From contig CM119265.1 in assembly GCA_051294375.1 (NCBI GenBank), positions 8,812,772-8,876,771 of the forward strand: DNA of 64,000 nt, given 5' to 3'. Origin of the DNA: Paraspadella gotoi (lineage: Eukaryota; Animalia; Chaetognatha). The notes beneath the pieces were generated by a model that searched no databases, was not told where the DNA came from, and saw nothing but the letters and a program-made list of their open reading frames with translations. Positions within the stretch are counted from its first letter, which is position 1, and the number at the start of each line of letters is the position of its first letter. This document shows, piece by piece, positions 1 to 10,625 of the stretch. A program made the translations under genes and the position numbers.

Positions 1-87
1 GCGATCGTAGTCGTAAATTATATTATATAATTATATAATATATATAGCTAATTATATTCGTAGAAAAATATATTGCTTTCACTGTAG

Positions 88-1969
88 GTCCTACCAATCA
101 CGGAGTTATGAATGCTGCAATCAACTTTGTCGAGATCGAAAGAAAGGGTGTTTTGAATATGACGCCTGCAAGTCGAGTGAGTTTTTTCACATTACCGTTT
201 TTTGACTTTAGAAAAAATGGTATAAAGTTAAATAACAGGTTATTTTTGATTGGTTATTGTTAAATGATTATCGAGCCTCAAAACCACTAAATAAATTATA
301 GTTATATAATAATACATACAAAATAATCATTATTTTATTTATTGCCTTTTTTGTATTCTTTCCTTTAAATTTTTCGCGGCCCTCGCAGCGCACGGAGGAT
401 GGAGCGAATGGGATCCATGGACAACGTGCCCCGCCACTTGCGAAAACCCTGACGCGAATCGAACCCGGACACGAACCTGTACGAACCCAAAGCCGAAGCG
501 AAATTTATTCGGACTTGAATGCCAAGGAGAGTCAGTACAGTTTCTTCCGTGCCAGTTGTCATCGGAAGAGATGAAAAAGTGCAACGGTGAGTAACGAAAC
601 GAGTTAAAGTTTGATGTGGTGTTGAGCGGTATCTATTGTAAGATTATTGTAGCAGAAAACATGACGTCAAACCTGTTAAAACCCTTTCATCTTACCAGGG
701 TACAAAGAAAACAATAATACGTAATAATCAATAGGAATTAGTTCATGTCCAACAGTGTATTCTCAGAATTTTCAACACAAAATTAGTCCATTAAATTAGT
801 GATGTCGAGGCTTTCTCACTTAAATAATATTTATTAGTATTATATTATTATTATTATTATTCTTATTATTATTATTATATTTATATGAAATTGGTACAAC
901 CAATATAAAAATTATCCATTCATTTTATAAATAAGCTATCTTGTCCCTGACTTTGGACAGGCTTTGGTGGTTTAAGGCCTCCATCACACTTACAAGATAA
1001 TAACATAGCAGTTTTCTGCAATTATATATTTAAATAAATACACTAACGCTACCATTTGTCCCTACTTCTTTTTTTGGGCAGTCGTTACAATCATCGGTCT
1101 TAGCTGTGGGTTTGCTCTCGTCGCCGTCATCCTAATTATCGTGGTGATTGCTTTCGCCTACCATCATCGAAATCGTAAGCACGAGGAAGTGATTTTCGTC
1201 GTCGAAAGTTGTTTTTCACAACCCTGCCTTTGTTTCAGCGCGTTTCTATTCTCGGGCCCAACAAGAATCGCGCAGTATAGGCGAGCACACGTTCGAGGTG
1301 AAAGAACCAGACAGCATCGGCAGCGCGAGCGACATACTCTTGGATTTCGAAGACGAAATCGTGGACTTAGCCGAAGGCACGCCAAAACAATTCACAAATA
1401 TTGATGTTTAAAAAAAAAAAAATATTGAATTTCGTCTTTTCGTTATAAACATTTTCACAGAACAGACGCCGGCAAAAGACGAAACGGTTCCCAAAATAAT
1501 CGGCGATTCGTCCGTCGATGACGCAACCGCGTCAACGTTTTTAAGGGCGACCTTTGCCGACGAATTTCAGCCACGCCCACACGTCGATTTCGATATAATG
1601 ACGCCAGGGCCACCGCCGCGGTCGAAGATGACGAATTCGCAGCCTTTTCCGCCATCGATGCGACAGACGGAGCCTCCGCCGATGCAGCTGCCGCCCGCCA
1701 GCTCTTTCGACGTCTCAGAGTTCGGCCAGCCCCTTCGCACCTATGGTAACCGGGAGCTACGAGTGGCGAGCGACGCGTCGACGGAGGACATACCCGACTC
1801 CAACAATTTGAATGACATTTCCTATGTCAACGCCAATGTGATTGTTATTGATGTCCCGAATGACATTTCGATCTCGGCCTCCAGTTCCGGGATTTATTAT
1901 CCCGTACTATATGATCGGCAGGAAGACGTCCCGAGCATTGAACAGTTGATGGGATCGAGAATGGAATAG
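88..1969 (+). CDS. Cys-rich/TSP1 single-pass receptor, paralog 1 (5' exon lies before the window; spliced)
   Basis: Exon ~88-176 encodes SYQSRSYECCNQLCRDRKKGCFEYDACKS. Exon ~389-586 is a TSP1 repeat (HGGWSEWDPWTTCPATC...RTRTRTCTNPKP). A hydrophobic TM exon ends at ~1174 (gtaag), followed by a Pro/Ser-rich tail ending at TAG 1969. GT-AG boundaries. Confidence 0.8.
884..1020 (-). repeat. Dispersed repeat R1 (~140 bp), possibly the 3' end of a non-LTR element
   Basis: Near-identical copy at ~54567-54708, and a reverse-complement copy split between ~8475-8514 and ~10206-10300. This copy abuts a (TTA)n run and contains stem-loops. Confidence 0.6.
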
Positions 1970-2947
1970 GGGAGTAGCTCGTCTACTACATTGCAATATT
2001 TTTAATACTTATTGAAACAACGATAAATTTTAATACGTGTAATAAGTATATATGCTTTGTATAATGATTGATTGAGTAATATTTTTTAACTTATCTCAGC
2101 ATTTAAATAATGAATTAGAATAATTTTTGGCAGTGACGTTAAATAGTTTTTTTTTATCTTTTATGATGTGATCTATCTAATTATATGGAGAATCTTGCAG
2201 TCGAAACAGTGATTTTTTGGGTCATTTTTGAATCTCCGCTTTTGCCTCGAGTGGTAATGGGCTCAATTTATATTGTGGTGTCATCCCGTTTACAACATGA
2301 TTTTTGGTTCTTTTGTGTACACATACCAACTTTTTTAGCTGTTTTTGTTTTTCCTTTATTTTTACTAACCATTATTTTCAGGCGCTGAGAATAACGCTGA
2401 AAAAGGTTACACCTGCTTGCCTATTACGACTGTATTAATAGACTGTTTATCTCTCTTTCCATCCGTCGCATGGCAACGATGAAGTTAAACTGGGACGACC
2501 TCGGACATGTAGTCGGGCTCGACGGACATCCCTTTTCTATTCCAATGATGATGATGATGATCGGAATCGTTTTTCAATTTATGATCGTTCAAAAAAAAAA
2601 AAGTTTCCGGTTGATTTTATAAACGTATTATAAACGAATTTTTATTATTTCGATGATTATTCAAGTGGTCTTTCGTGGTCATTGTTCAACAGTGCGAATG
2701 TTTTGACTAAATAAATATTTAACAGTAACTCGACTAACTCGAGTAATGTCTCTTATTTTTAAAAAAAGATCAAATAATTTAATAAAATCTGTAAAAACCA
2801 TTTCTCTTCCCATTATGTATAGTATAATAAGTATTCTTATTTACTGAATACTACTCCTTTAAAAACAATTACCTGCATTTAATTTAAGTCCAATAAATTG
2901 AAAAGTAGCTCATGGAATAGTCCGTCGATAGATGATCTCATCACGTG

Positions 2948-5541
2948 ATGACTTTCTTCATTCTTTTCGCGATATGTTCGACGTTGGCGATTGAGTGGTC
3001 AACGGCCGGACATCCGACTTGCAACCAATTCACCCCCAATTGTACTCCTCACTGCTATTGGTTGGTATTTGTTTTGCAATCTATAACGATCACGTTAAAT
3101 ATTAGAAACATGTAAATAATCTAATTCATTATCATTGTATGTAAGTTAAGGCAACTCGATAGGAACCTTTATTTGTAATGTAGTATGAATATCAAGATAT
3201 ATGTGATATATATATATAATTTATATATATATATATATATATCTTGCACTCAGGGACGTCGATATGAATCGCTTTTACTGCTGCGCTTCCGTCTGCGATC
3301 CGAAAAAGCCTCCAAATCCCAAATGCACCGAACTAGAAGCTTGTCGTTCAAGTGAGTCATCTCTCACGATTAAAATTTTCATATTTTCATATTCAGTTTG
3401 ATCGCCTCGTCACGTCGAAATAAGAACCTTTCTGACTTGGACTGGAGGCTTTAGGTTTTGAGCTAAACTACATTGATTATTACGGTGCTTTTTTTGGTTC
3501 CTATTTCATGGGCCCAATACTACGTGGGCCCAATCCTGCGACCGCCGTTGATATTAAACGCAATAATTAAATTGAAGAATTTGAGTTAAATTGAACCTAA
3601 TATTCGATCTCTCCGTTTGTTTCAGTGCACGGTGGCTGGACGAAATGGGGTCCGTGGTCATCGTGTCCGGCCAAATGCGACAGTCCGTACGCGAATCTAA
3701 CCCGAACTCGGTCGTGTACGAACCCGACGCCGAGACGCGATCTCAACGGCTTCAATTGCGAAGGGAAGGCGGTGCAGTTGGAACCCTGTCACTTGTTGCC
3801 GGATGAAATGGAAAAATGCCACTGTGCGTGTAAAATGTTTAATATGCAATGATTGAGACTTTTTTGGTTTTTGCTCTTGATCTGTATATTATTCATTAGA
3901 TTTTTTGTTTTGACAGACAAAAAGTTCTCGATAACGGTTGGCTTTCTCGGCGGTGCACTCGGATTTTCAATTGTTATTGCAGCGTCAGCAATCGTTGCGG
4001 TTGCTTGTCTCAGAGAACGTAAGATTTTTTTGTGATTAGTGGTTACTGGTTACGTTTGATGGTCTTCGTGTAAGGAAATATTGGGTGTTTACTGTTTAAA
4101 ATTCAAAGGCTAAAATGAAACTGAAAAATAAAAAATTAGATGCGAGACGAAACTACCAAACACATTTTAATTAGAATTTTTAAATGTAGGTTTCTGTTTT
4201 ATCTATCTCGAAAATCTTAATAGAATTAATTAATTAGCACCTATCACGAAAAAAATTTCGAGAGTCAGGTTAAAACAAATATCTATCATGAGTTTAAACT
4301 CGAAGTACTCTTTAATTACTCATTTTCCTGGACTGAAACCGGTTTTAAACAGAAACATTTATTTTTCTGAACATCTTACTGCGGTTGTTCCTTGTAATCA
4401 AGCCGATCGTATTATTTAGCGGTATCTATTTTAATACGTGATTATCAATTTGACAGTTTATAGACGAAAGCCTATCGCGGAAGAAACCGGCGGAATCGAC
4501 CGAGGTTCACCGGAAACGGAGAGCGAGAGCGGAAGCGACGGTACGATGGTCACACCCATTCCGAGTATTGTGGACCCTTTCGCGATGACACTGACCCCAA
4601 CTGCGACGCCGACTAGGCTTGAGGCGACTATGACCGAAACAGCACAAAACAACGGCATGGCGGCCTCATTGGATTTCGTCGAAGTGGGCGACCAATCAAC
4701 CAACCAATTAAGCTGGAGACCTAATGGTATTGTCCTTTTTTTAGTAGATTGTTTATTGTTTTTTTTTTGTTTTTTGTTTTTTGTTTTACTTCATGCATTT
4801 AGGGGATGATCGTTGACCGAGCAATTTGTATTCAATAAAACAAAGCAAATCAATCGATCGTAGAATCGGGCAATCAGTAAATTTGACTATCAATTCATCT
4901 ATTCGTCATTTTAAAATGCTCTGATCAATCATTCAATCTATTATTGAATTTCAAAAGCGAAGTAAGGAATTAGACAATAAGTCTTCGTTTGAAACATTAC
5001 TAAAATTCTTGAATTAGACATCTACCAGTCAATTCGTTTTTAAAACACAATCCGTAATATTATGAATTTTAAGAAGTCAAATTTTATTACAGCCGAAAAA
5101 AATAGTTCTTATATATTAGTAATTACTACATTTTTTTTAAATAAGTTAGTAGATTCGCTAAAAAAAGAACACTTTTTTTTCCTTTCCTTCCCAGTACCTT
5201 CCTCTGATTTGGACGACCGCGTTCGAAGACCTACGAATCCTACGGAAGAACCTCAGGCGCCACCAAACGGCGAGCTGACGACGATGACCTCCGATGATAA
5301 CCCGCATTATTTGTGCCTCCTCAAGTTACCGCCGATTCGTCGACATAACGAGGGGAGCCTTTCCGTCGACGACCGGCTTGGATCGCGCGGCCATTCGACA
5401 GGCTCCCTCCCGGGCGCTTTCGATCCAACCTCTAGCGGCGAAGTCTACACGACCGAAGGCAGATTGGTCAGCGAGACGGAGAATCGGATTCCGATCGTCG
5501 TACCTCATTTCGCGTCGACGTCGTCGTTGGATATGAATTAA
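2948..5541 (+). CDS. Cys-rich/TSP1 single-pass receptor, paralog 2 (spliced)
   Basis: Exons 2948-3060 (signal peptide MTFFILFAICSTLA + CNQFTPNCTPHCY), 3254-3351 (YCCASVCDPKKPPNPKCTELEAC), 3626-~3823 (TSP1 HGGWTKWGPWSSC), ~3917-4018 (TM), ~4458-4726 and 5195-5541 (cytoplasmic tail). Splice phases are consistent. Confidence 0.8.
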
Positions 5542-6062
5542 AAAACGTTTAATGAAAACGGCCAGAGGGGGGGGCGGGTGGTTGTTGAAAAGTCGCTTTC
5601 CAGTTTGACATTTTGCCATAAATGAGTCCTTTCTACTCAAGACCTCGATTACTCAAGACAACGATTGCATTTTATGTTAAAACTATATAATAGTTGTACA
5701 TAAACTTAGCAGCAATAAGCAGTTGTTTGTAGATTTTTCCTCAGCCCCACTCCCCCAATAAACCAATGAAATTTTACTAATAACGTTGTTAATTATTTTG
5801 TTAAAACTTAAATGAGAAATACCAAATACGAAATACTTGACCCAGTTTTTGGATTTTATACTTTGCTACATTCCACGAAAAGAATTAAAGTTTTTAAAAG
5901 ATAACTTATATTTTTGTTCATAAGATACTCATAATTGCGTTTATATTTTTTTTAATATATATTTTTCTGGTCAAATTTTTTAGTTTTTTTTTTATTCATT
6001 TTCTTGTTAATCCTGTTTACTGAAATAAAACCGTTATATTTTTACAGAAAAACATTTAGAAG

Positions 6063-7887
6063 ATGCACGAAACCATTAAAATATGCTCCATCCTGTTACT
6101 TTACTTGAGTCTTCTGCAATTTTCCGGAGGCGCGATGCCGGACTGTAGCTACGGAACCCTCAACTGCAGCAACCATTGTTATCTTTCTAAAATCACAGAC
6201 ACTTACGAATGTTGCAATCGGGTTTGTGACCCTCGACCTAACGACTACGTCCAAAGTGTTTGCGAGGGTGTTCCGGCCTGTTCTTCAAGTACGCGTTGAA
6301 TAGTCATTTGTTTTTGTCAAAATTAAATAATTACATACGTAGTTTCGTTAATAAATGAAAAAAAAATAATGGGAAGAACTAAATGATGATCATTTTATAA
6401 TCAATAATCATGTTAACGTCGTTGCCGTCGTTATTGCTAGCAGGATTGCGATAACCACGTTTCACTCTTTACCGCCAGTGCATGGAGGGTGGTCCGCTTG
6501 GTCGGAGTGGGGGGAATGCACCTCCGTGTGCGATGAACCCGGGACGAAGACCAGCTTGCGAAGTTGCACGAACCCAGAGCCGAAATTGGTACGTCCTTTT
6601 ATTATCAAATATAATAGTATCGTTAAAAAATGTTTAAAAAAATCAAATTAGCATCTTCCATTCATTTTTTAAAGCATCTTAATGGAAAAAAATGCGTCGG
6701 AGATGCGGTGAAGATTACCAAGTGTTTTTTGCCTTCTGCTGTTAGAAAAAGATGCCAAAGTAAGTACTTAATTTTATATAATATTGTAAATTGACAAAAA
6801 ATAATACTTGATTTCTTTTTCCAAAAAAATTAAGAGGATAGGGAGTTGATTGTCGCCTTGATCGTCATTATGAGCGTCACGTCTATCATCTTCGGACTAG
6901 CGGTCTTCGGCTTTGTCATCGCGCGTCACCTTCAAAGTAAATTCCATAAAATAAAAAATATTTCTTTGAGCTATTTTTTTTGTCGAAATAACTAGTAACT
7001 GTCCGACTCAACCCCCCTCCAAACTTTCAGAGTTAAAAGAAAAACGAGGGCGAATTGCCGTGCAGTCCGACACAGAAGGAACCGAGGAATACGTTCTGTT
7101 GGTCAGCCCAGGACCTGCCGCCGATCCGAGCAATCCCTCCCTGCCAATATCTCCATCTTCAGCTCCGGCTCCAAATTCGGGAGGCTTACCTCCACCAGCA
7201 TCAGTCCTACTCTCTCCACAACACCAGCCGACACCCTCGCAGTCAATCGATCCCTCTGCCGTCGCTCCCACAGTCGCCGATGTCCGGCTCAACTTGGGAG
7301 ACTCTTACTTGGAAGGGCGACTCAGAGATTGGGTGGCCGATCAGAGGCGCAATCCAGCCGACGCACCCTCTGCAATTATGAACGGCGTGGATAGGGAGAA
7401 CGAATCTTCGGCATTCGATCCAAACCCCCCCGCGGAAGCCGCCGGCGCCAATAATCATTTCATCCCAAAGGGCGTATCCGGGTTTAACAACAGCAGGTTT
7501 CCTAATCGGCCAATAACAGCAATGACTGCCGGCCAATCCCGTTCCTGTCCCCACTGCAGCCAACCAATCCTCTTAATTCCATCGGGGGATGGAATCTCGC
7601 TGCTTCCCGATTCCAACCCAACTCAGTATCCGAGGTCGAGCTCGCAGGAGCCGGCTACGGATTCCCGGGACCTTTCCTCCTTCTCTACTGAAAGAGAACA
7701 TTTGTTTGAAAATCTTAAGGAAGATACAACGACCCATGTAAAAACTCCAATAGTGAGCCAACGTAATTTGACCGTAAGTTCGACCTCTACTGGCGATCAA
7801 CAGCAAACAGAATCGACATTCGTGTCGGGAGATGATTCTACCCAGATACCTCGCTGCGTCGAAGATCTGAATTCAAATGAAAATTAA
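6063..7887 (+). CDS. Cys-rich/TSP1 single-pass receptor, paralog 3 (spliced)
   Basis: Signal peptide plus Cys-rich exon 6063-~6288 (CSNHCY...ECCNRVCDP...C...C), TSP1 split over ~6479-6588 and ~6675-6758 ([13 protein letters not shown]), TM exon ~6835-6935, and a long disordered tail ~7032-7887. Confidence 0.82.
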
Positions 7888-8520
7888 CAGTAATTTTTTT
7901 AAATTTTTGTGGACTCATTAATCGATAACATTTTTTTAGCGAGAACATAAAATATATACTTATATACAGTTATATTTATTAACAGTCACAAATCTGATCT
8001 TGTGAAATTCAATTTTAGTAAAAAACGCTAATTTTGATTATAAAATAGTATCATCATTTTTTAGAAAAAATGTATTGTGTCATTCGTCAACAAAAGTTTT
8101 TACTTAATAATTTCTTTGAAAACACGCCAGTTGATAATAATATTGATAATAATATTGATGAATATTAAGAATTACGGTTTGTTGAATTACAAAAATTGTT
8201 CTTTCTGTTATTCTGCTACATTTGGGGAAACAAAATAAGCAAACACCTCGATGAGTCATAAATTATTAATCGAGAAGATAATACTCAAGTGGGATAAAGA
8301 TCTAATAAAGTAATCGAGAGGTGAGCTCAAAACAGAATCTCAGGAGACTATAAAGGAGACAAATGTATACAAAGTAAAACGAAGCCTTCAATGTGAAAAT
8401 ATAACGTTAATAATAACAAATAATGATATAAATATAATTTAATAATCAATTTTTTAAATGTCTATTATTTTATATGTTATGTCATTATCTTGTAAGAGTG
8501 ATGGAGGCCTTAAATAGCCT

Positions 8521-9041
8521 TAAGCAGTCCCTGAGCTTCGGATCAGGCTGTAACACCATGTTACAGGCGGGTTAAGCGCCCCGTCCCTCTTAACTGCCAG
8601 ACGACCACCGAGCTAGAACCCCAGACCTTTGGGTTGGGAGGCGAATGACTTGCCTCCAGCACCAATGGCCGCTAGATGAACGGTTGGTGGATTTTAGTCC
8701 ACCATACATCCCCCCTCCCGTAGGAGAAGTCTGTTACGTCTCTTCAGTGAATTGTTGTTGTTGGTGGAAAGTTCATCACCAAGTTGAGGCATGTCGCCTG
8801 ATGTGTTGTGGGCGGAAAATGCATCGCCAGGTTGAGTCATGTCGCCTGAAAGTGTTGTTGTTGTGTTCGGAAGTCGGGCTCACCAATGAAGAGACAGTAA
8901 TTATTGTTAAGCGACCCCCGTCCCTCTTAACTGCCAGACGACCACCGGGCTAGAACCCCGGACCTTTGGGTTGGGAGGCGAATGACTTGCCTCCAGCACC
9001 AATGGCCGCTGATGAACGGTTGGTGGATTTTAGTCCACCAT
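8521..9041 (-). mobile_element. TRIM copy 1 (LTR-internal-LTR), partly deleted
   Basis: LTR 8521-8706 is truncated on the left. The internal region 8707-8886 has a PPT at ~8709-8719 and a PBS at 8873-8885. LTR 8887-9041 has lost the 3' part of its twister by deletion. Confidence 0.85.
8523..8598 (-). ncRNA. Twister ribozyme-like motif in the 3' LTR of TRIM copy 1
   Basis: Same core sequence. P5 begins with a G-U instead of an A-U pair, and P3 is 8 bp with a TGG loop. Confidence 0.68.
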
Positions 9042-9294
9042 TAATCTTAAAATTTTTGGATGGATTCTGATAGAGCATAAAAAGTTAAACGAGAAATATA
9101 ATTACAGGTTTTAAAAATTCTTACGTTTTCTCAATAAAAATCTAGAAAAACTTCTAAAATCATCGAAAAATGATGATTTTTTACGGTTTTTCTTATTTTT
9201 GACCTACTTATCATAAAAATATTTAAAAAAGAATTGAAGAGACTGAAGAGACAGTAATTATTGTATAGTGTTAATGACAGAACCGTTCAATATA

Positions 9295-9369
9295 AGCAGT
9301 CCCTGAGCTTCGGATCAGGCTGTAACCCGAGTTACAGGCGGGTTAAGCGCCCCGTCCCTCTTAACTGCT
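9295..9369 (-). ncRNA. Twister ribozyme-like motif in the 3' LTR of TRIM copy 2
   Basis: Same fold with P3 loop TCGG. Predicted cleavage between 9345 and 9344. Confidence 0.72.
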
Positions 9370-9708
9370 AGGCGCCACCGGGCTAGAACCCCGGACCTTT
9401 GGGTTGGGAGGCGAATGACTTGCCTCCGGCACCAATGGCCCTGATGAACGGTTGGTGGATTTTAGTCCACCATACATCCCCCCCTCCCGATAGGGAGAAG
9501 TCTGTTGCGTCCTTCAGTGAATTGTGTTGTTGGTGGGAAAGTGCGTCACCAGTTGAGGCATGTCGCCTGATGTGTTGTTGCGGGGAAAGTACATCGCCAG
9601 GTGAGGATGTCGCCTGAAAGTGTTGTTGTGCTGTTGTGTTCGAAGTCGGGCTCACCAATGAAGAGACAGTAATTATTGTAAGTGTTAATGACAGAACCGT
9701 TCAATATA

Positions 9709-9783
9709 AGCAGTCCCTGAGCTTCGGATCAGGCTGTAACCCATGTTACAGGCGGGTTAAGCGCCCCGTCCCTCTTAACTGCT
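9709..9783 (-). ncRNA. Twister ribozyme-like motif (P5-type permutation) in the 5' LTR of TRIM copy 2
   Basis: Minus strand reads AGCAGTT-AAGAGG-GA-CGG-GGCGCT-T^AA-CCC-GC-CTGTAAC(ATGG)GTTACAG-CCTGA-TCCGAAGC-TCAGG-GACTGCT. Predicted cleavage between 9759 and 9758. Confidence 0.72.
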
Positions 9784-10625
9784 AGGCGGCCACCGGGCTA
9801 GAACCCCGGACCTTTGGGTTGGGAGGCGAATGACTTGCCTCCGGCACCAATGGCCCTGATGAACGGTTGGTGGATTTTAGTCCACCATAAGAATATATGA
9901 ATTAGTGACAAACGTTCATTGGTCCTGAGTGATCGCTTAACACTTCGGGTTAAGCCCTTAATGTGGGCCATAACCCGCTTTGGGTGGCGATGATGACAAT
10001 GCTGCGATACTTTGGATTTTATCATTTTGTTCTTAAAATTTAAAATTTAAAAAAAATTTTGGCCTTTCTATCTAAAAATAAATATTAAAAAATTAATTAC
10101 TAGCCATATGAAATTGTTATTTTTTTCAAAAAATGTATAATTTTTCGTTTAAGCATGTACTCACTCTAAATTTTTGACTCACCCCATTGAGTGGGACCAT
10201 CCCTACCTTAAACCACCAAAGCCTGTCCAAAGTCAGGGGAAAGATAGCTTATTTATTAAATGAATGGATAATTTTTATATTGGTTGAACCAATTTCATAA
10301 AGCTTTTGTTCTCAACTGTGGAAAATACAAGTTGAGAGAACCCTCTTGCGAAAAACAAATGGGTTCTTCCAAACAAAAGAACAAGCAACTGTTTTGTTTG
10401 GTACGGATTTTTACAGCAAGGGATGTAATTCTGAGCTATTCAAACTATTTAACCTCAGCACTCTCTGAATGTCAAATGGACAAATCATGTATATAATTAT
10501 AAAAATGAGATAAACTGTGTAACGTATATCAGGATGATAAAACTCAATTAATGATCGGGTGTACTTAACCGATTTTCTTTCGATAGATTGAGGAATTTTC
10601 TCAAAATGTTTATCGTTCGCGGACT

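Larger units (their letters stand above)
9235..9889 (-). mobile_element. TRIM copy 2, complete: two ~231-bp LTRs plus a 184-bp internal region; Helenus-like (tRNA-containing LTR) with a twister-like motif
   Basis: Near-identical direct repeats at 9244-9474 and 9659-9889. On the minus strand, PBS TGGTGAGCCCGAC (9657-9645) starts 1 nt after the 5' LTR, and PPT GGGAGGGGGGGA (9488-9477) ends 2 nt before the 3' LTR. Flanking AGAAT duplication at 9230-9234 / 9890-9894; the terminal 9-mer TGAAGAGAC is doubled at 9235-9252. Confidence 0.92.

Noticed and set aside
9441-9474. CTGATGA hammerhead-like core in the LTR on the + strand
   Set aside because: No GAAA after a stem II and no stem I/III partners. 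The tRNA module, PBS, PPT and twister all read on the opposite strand.
8521-9889. Simple tRNA-SINE, CRISPR-like array, or the short ORFs called here
   Set aside because: The PBS, PPT, paired LTRs and solo LTRs with TSDs indicate an LTR element. There is no A-rich tail and no unique spacers, and the ORFs are not preserved between copies.
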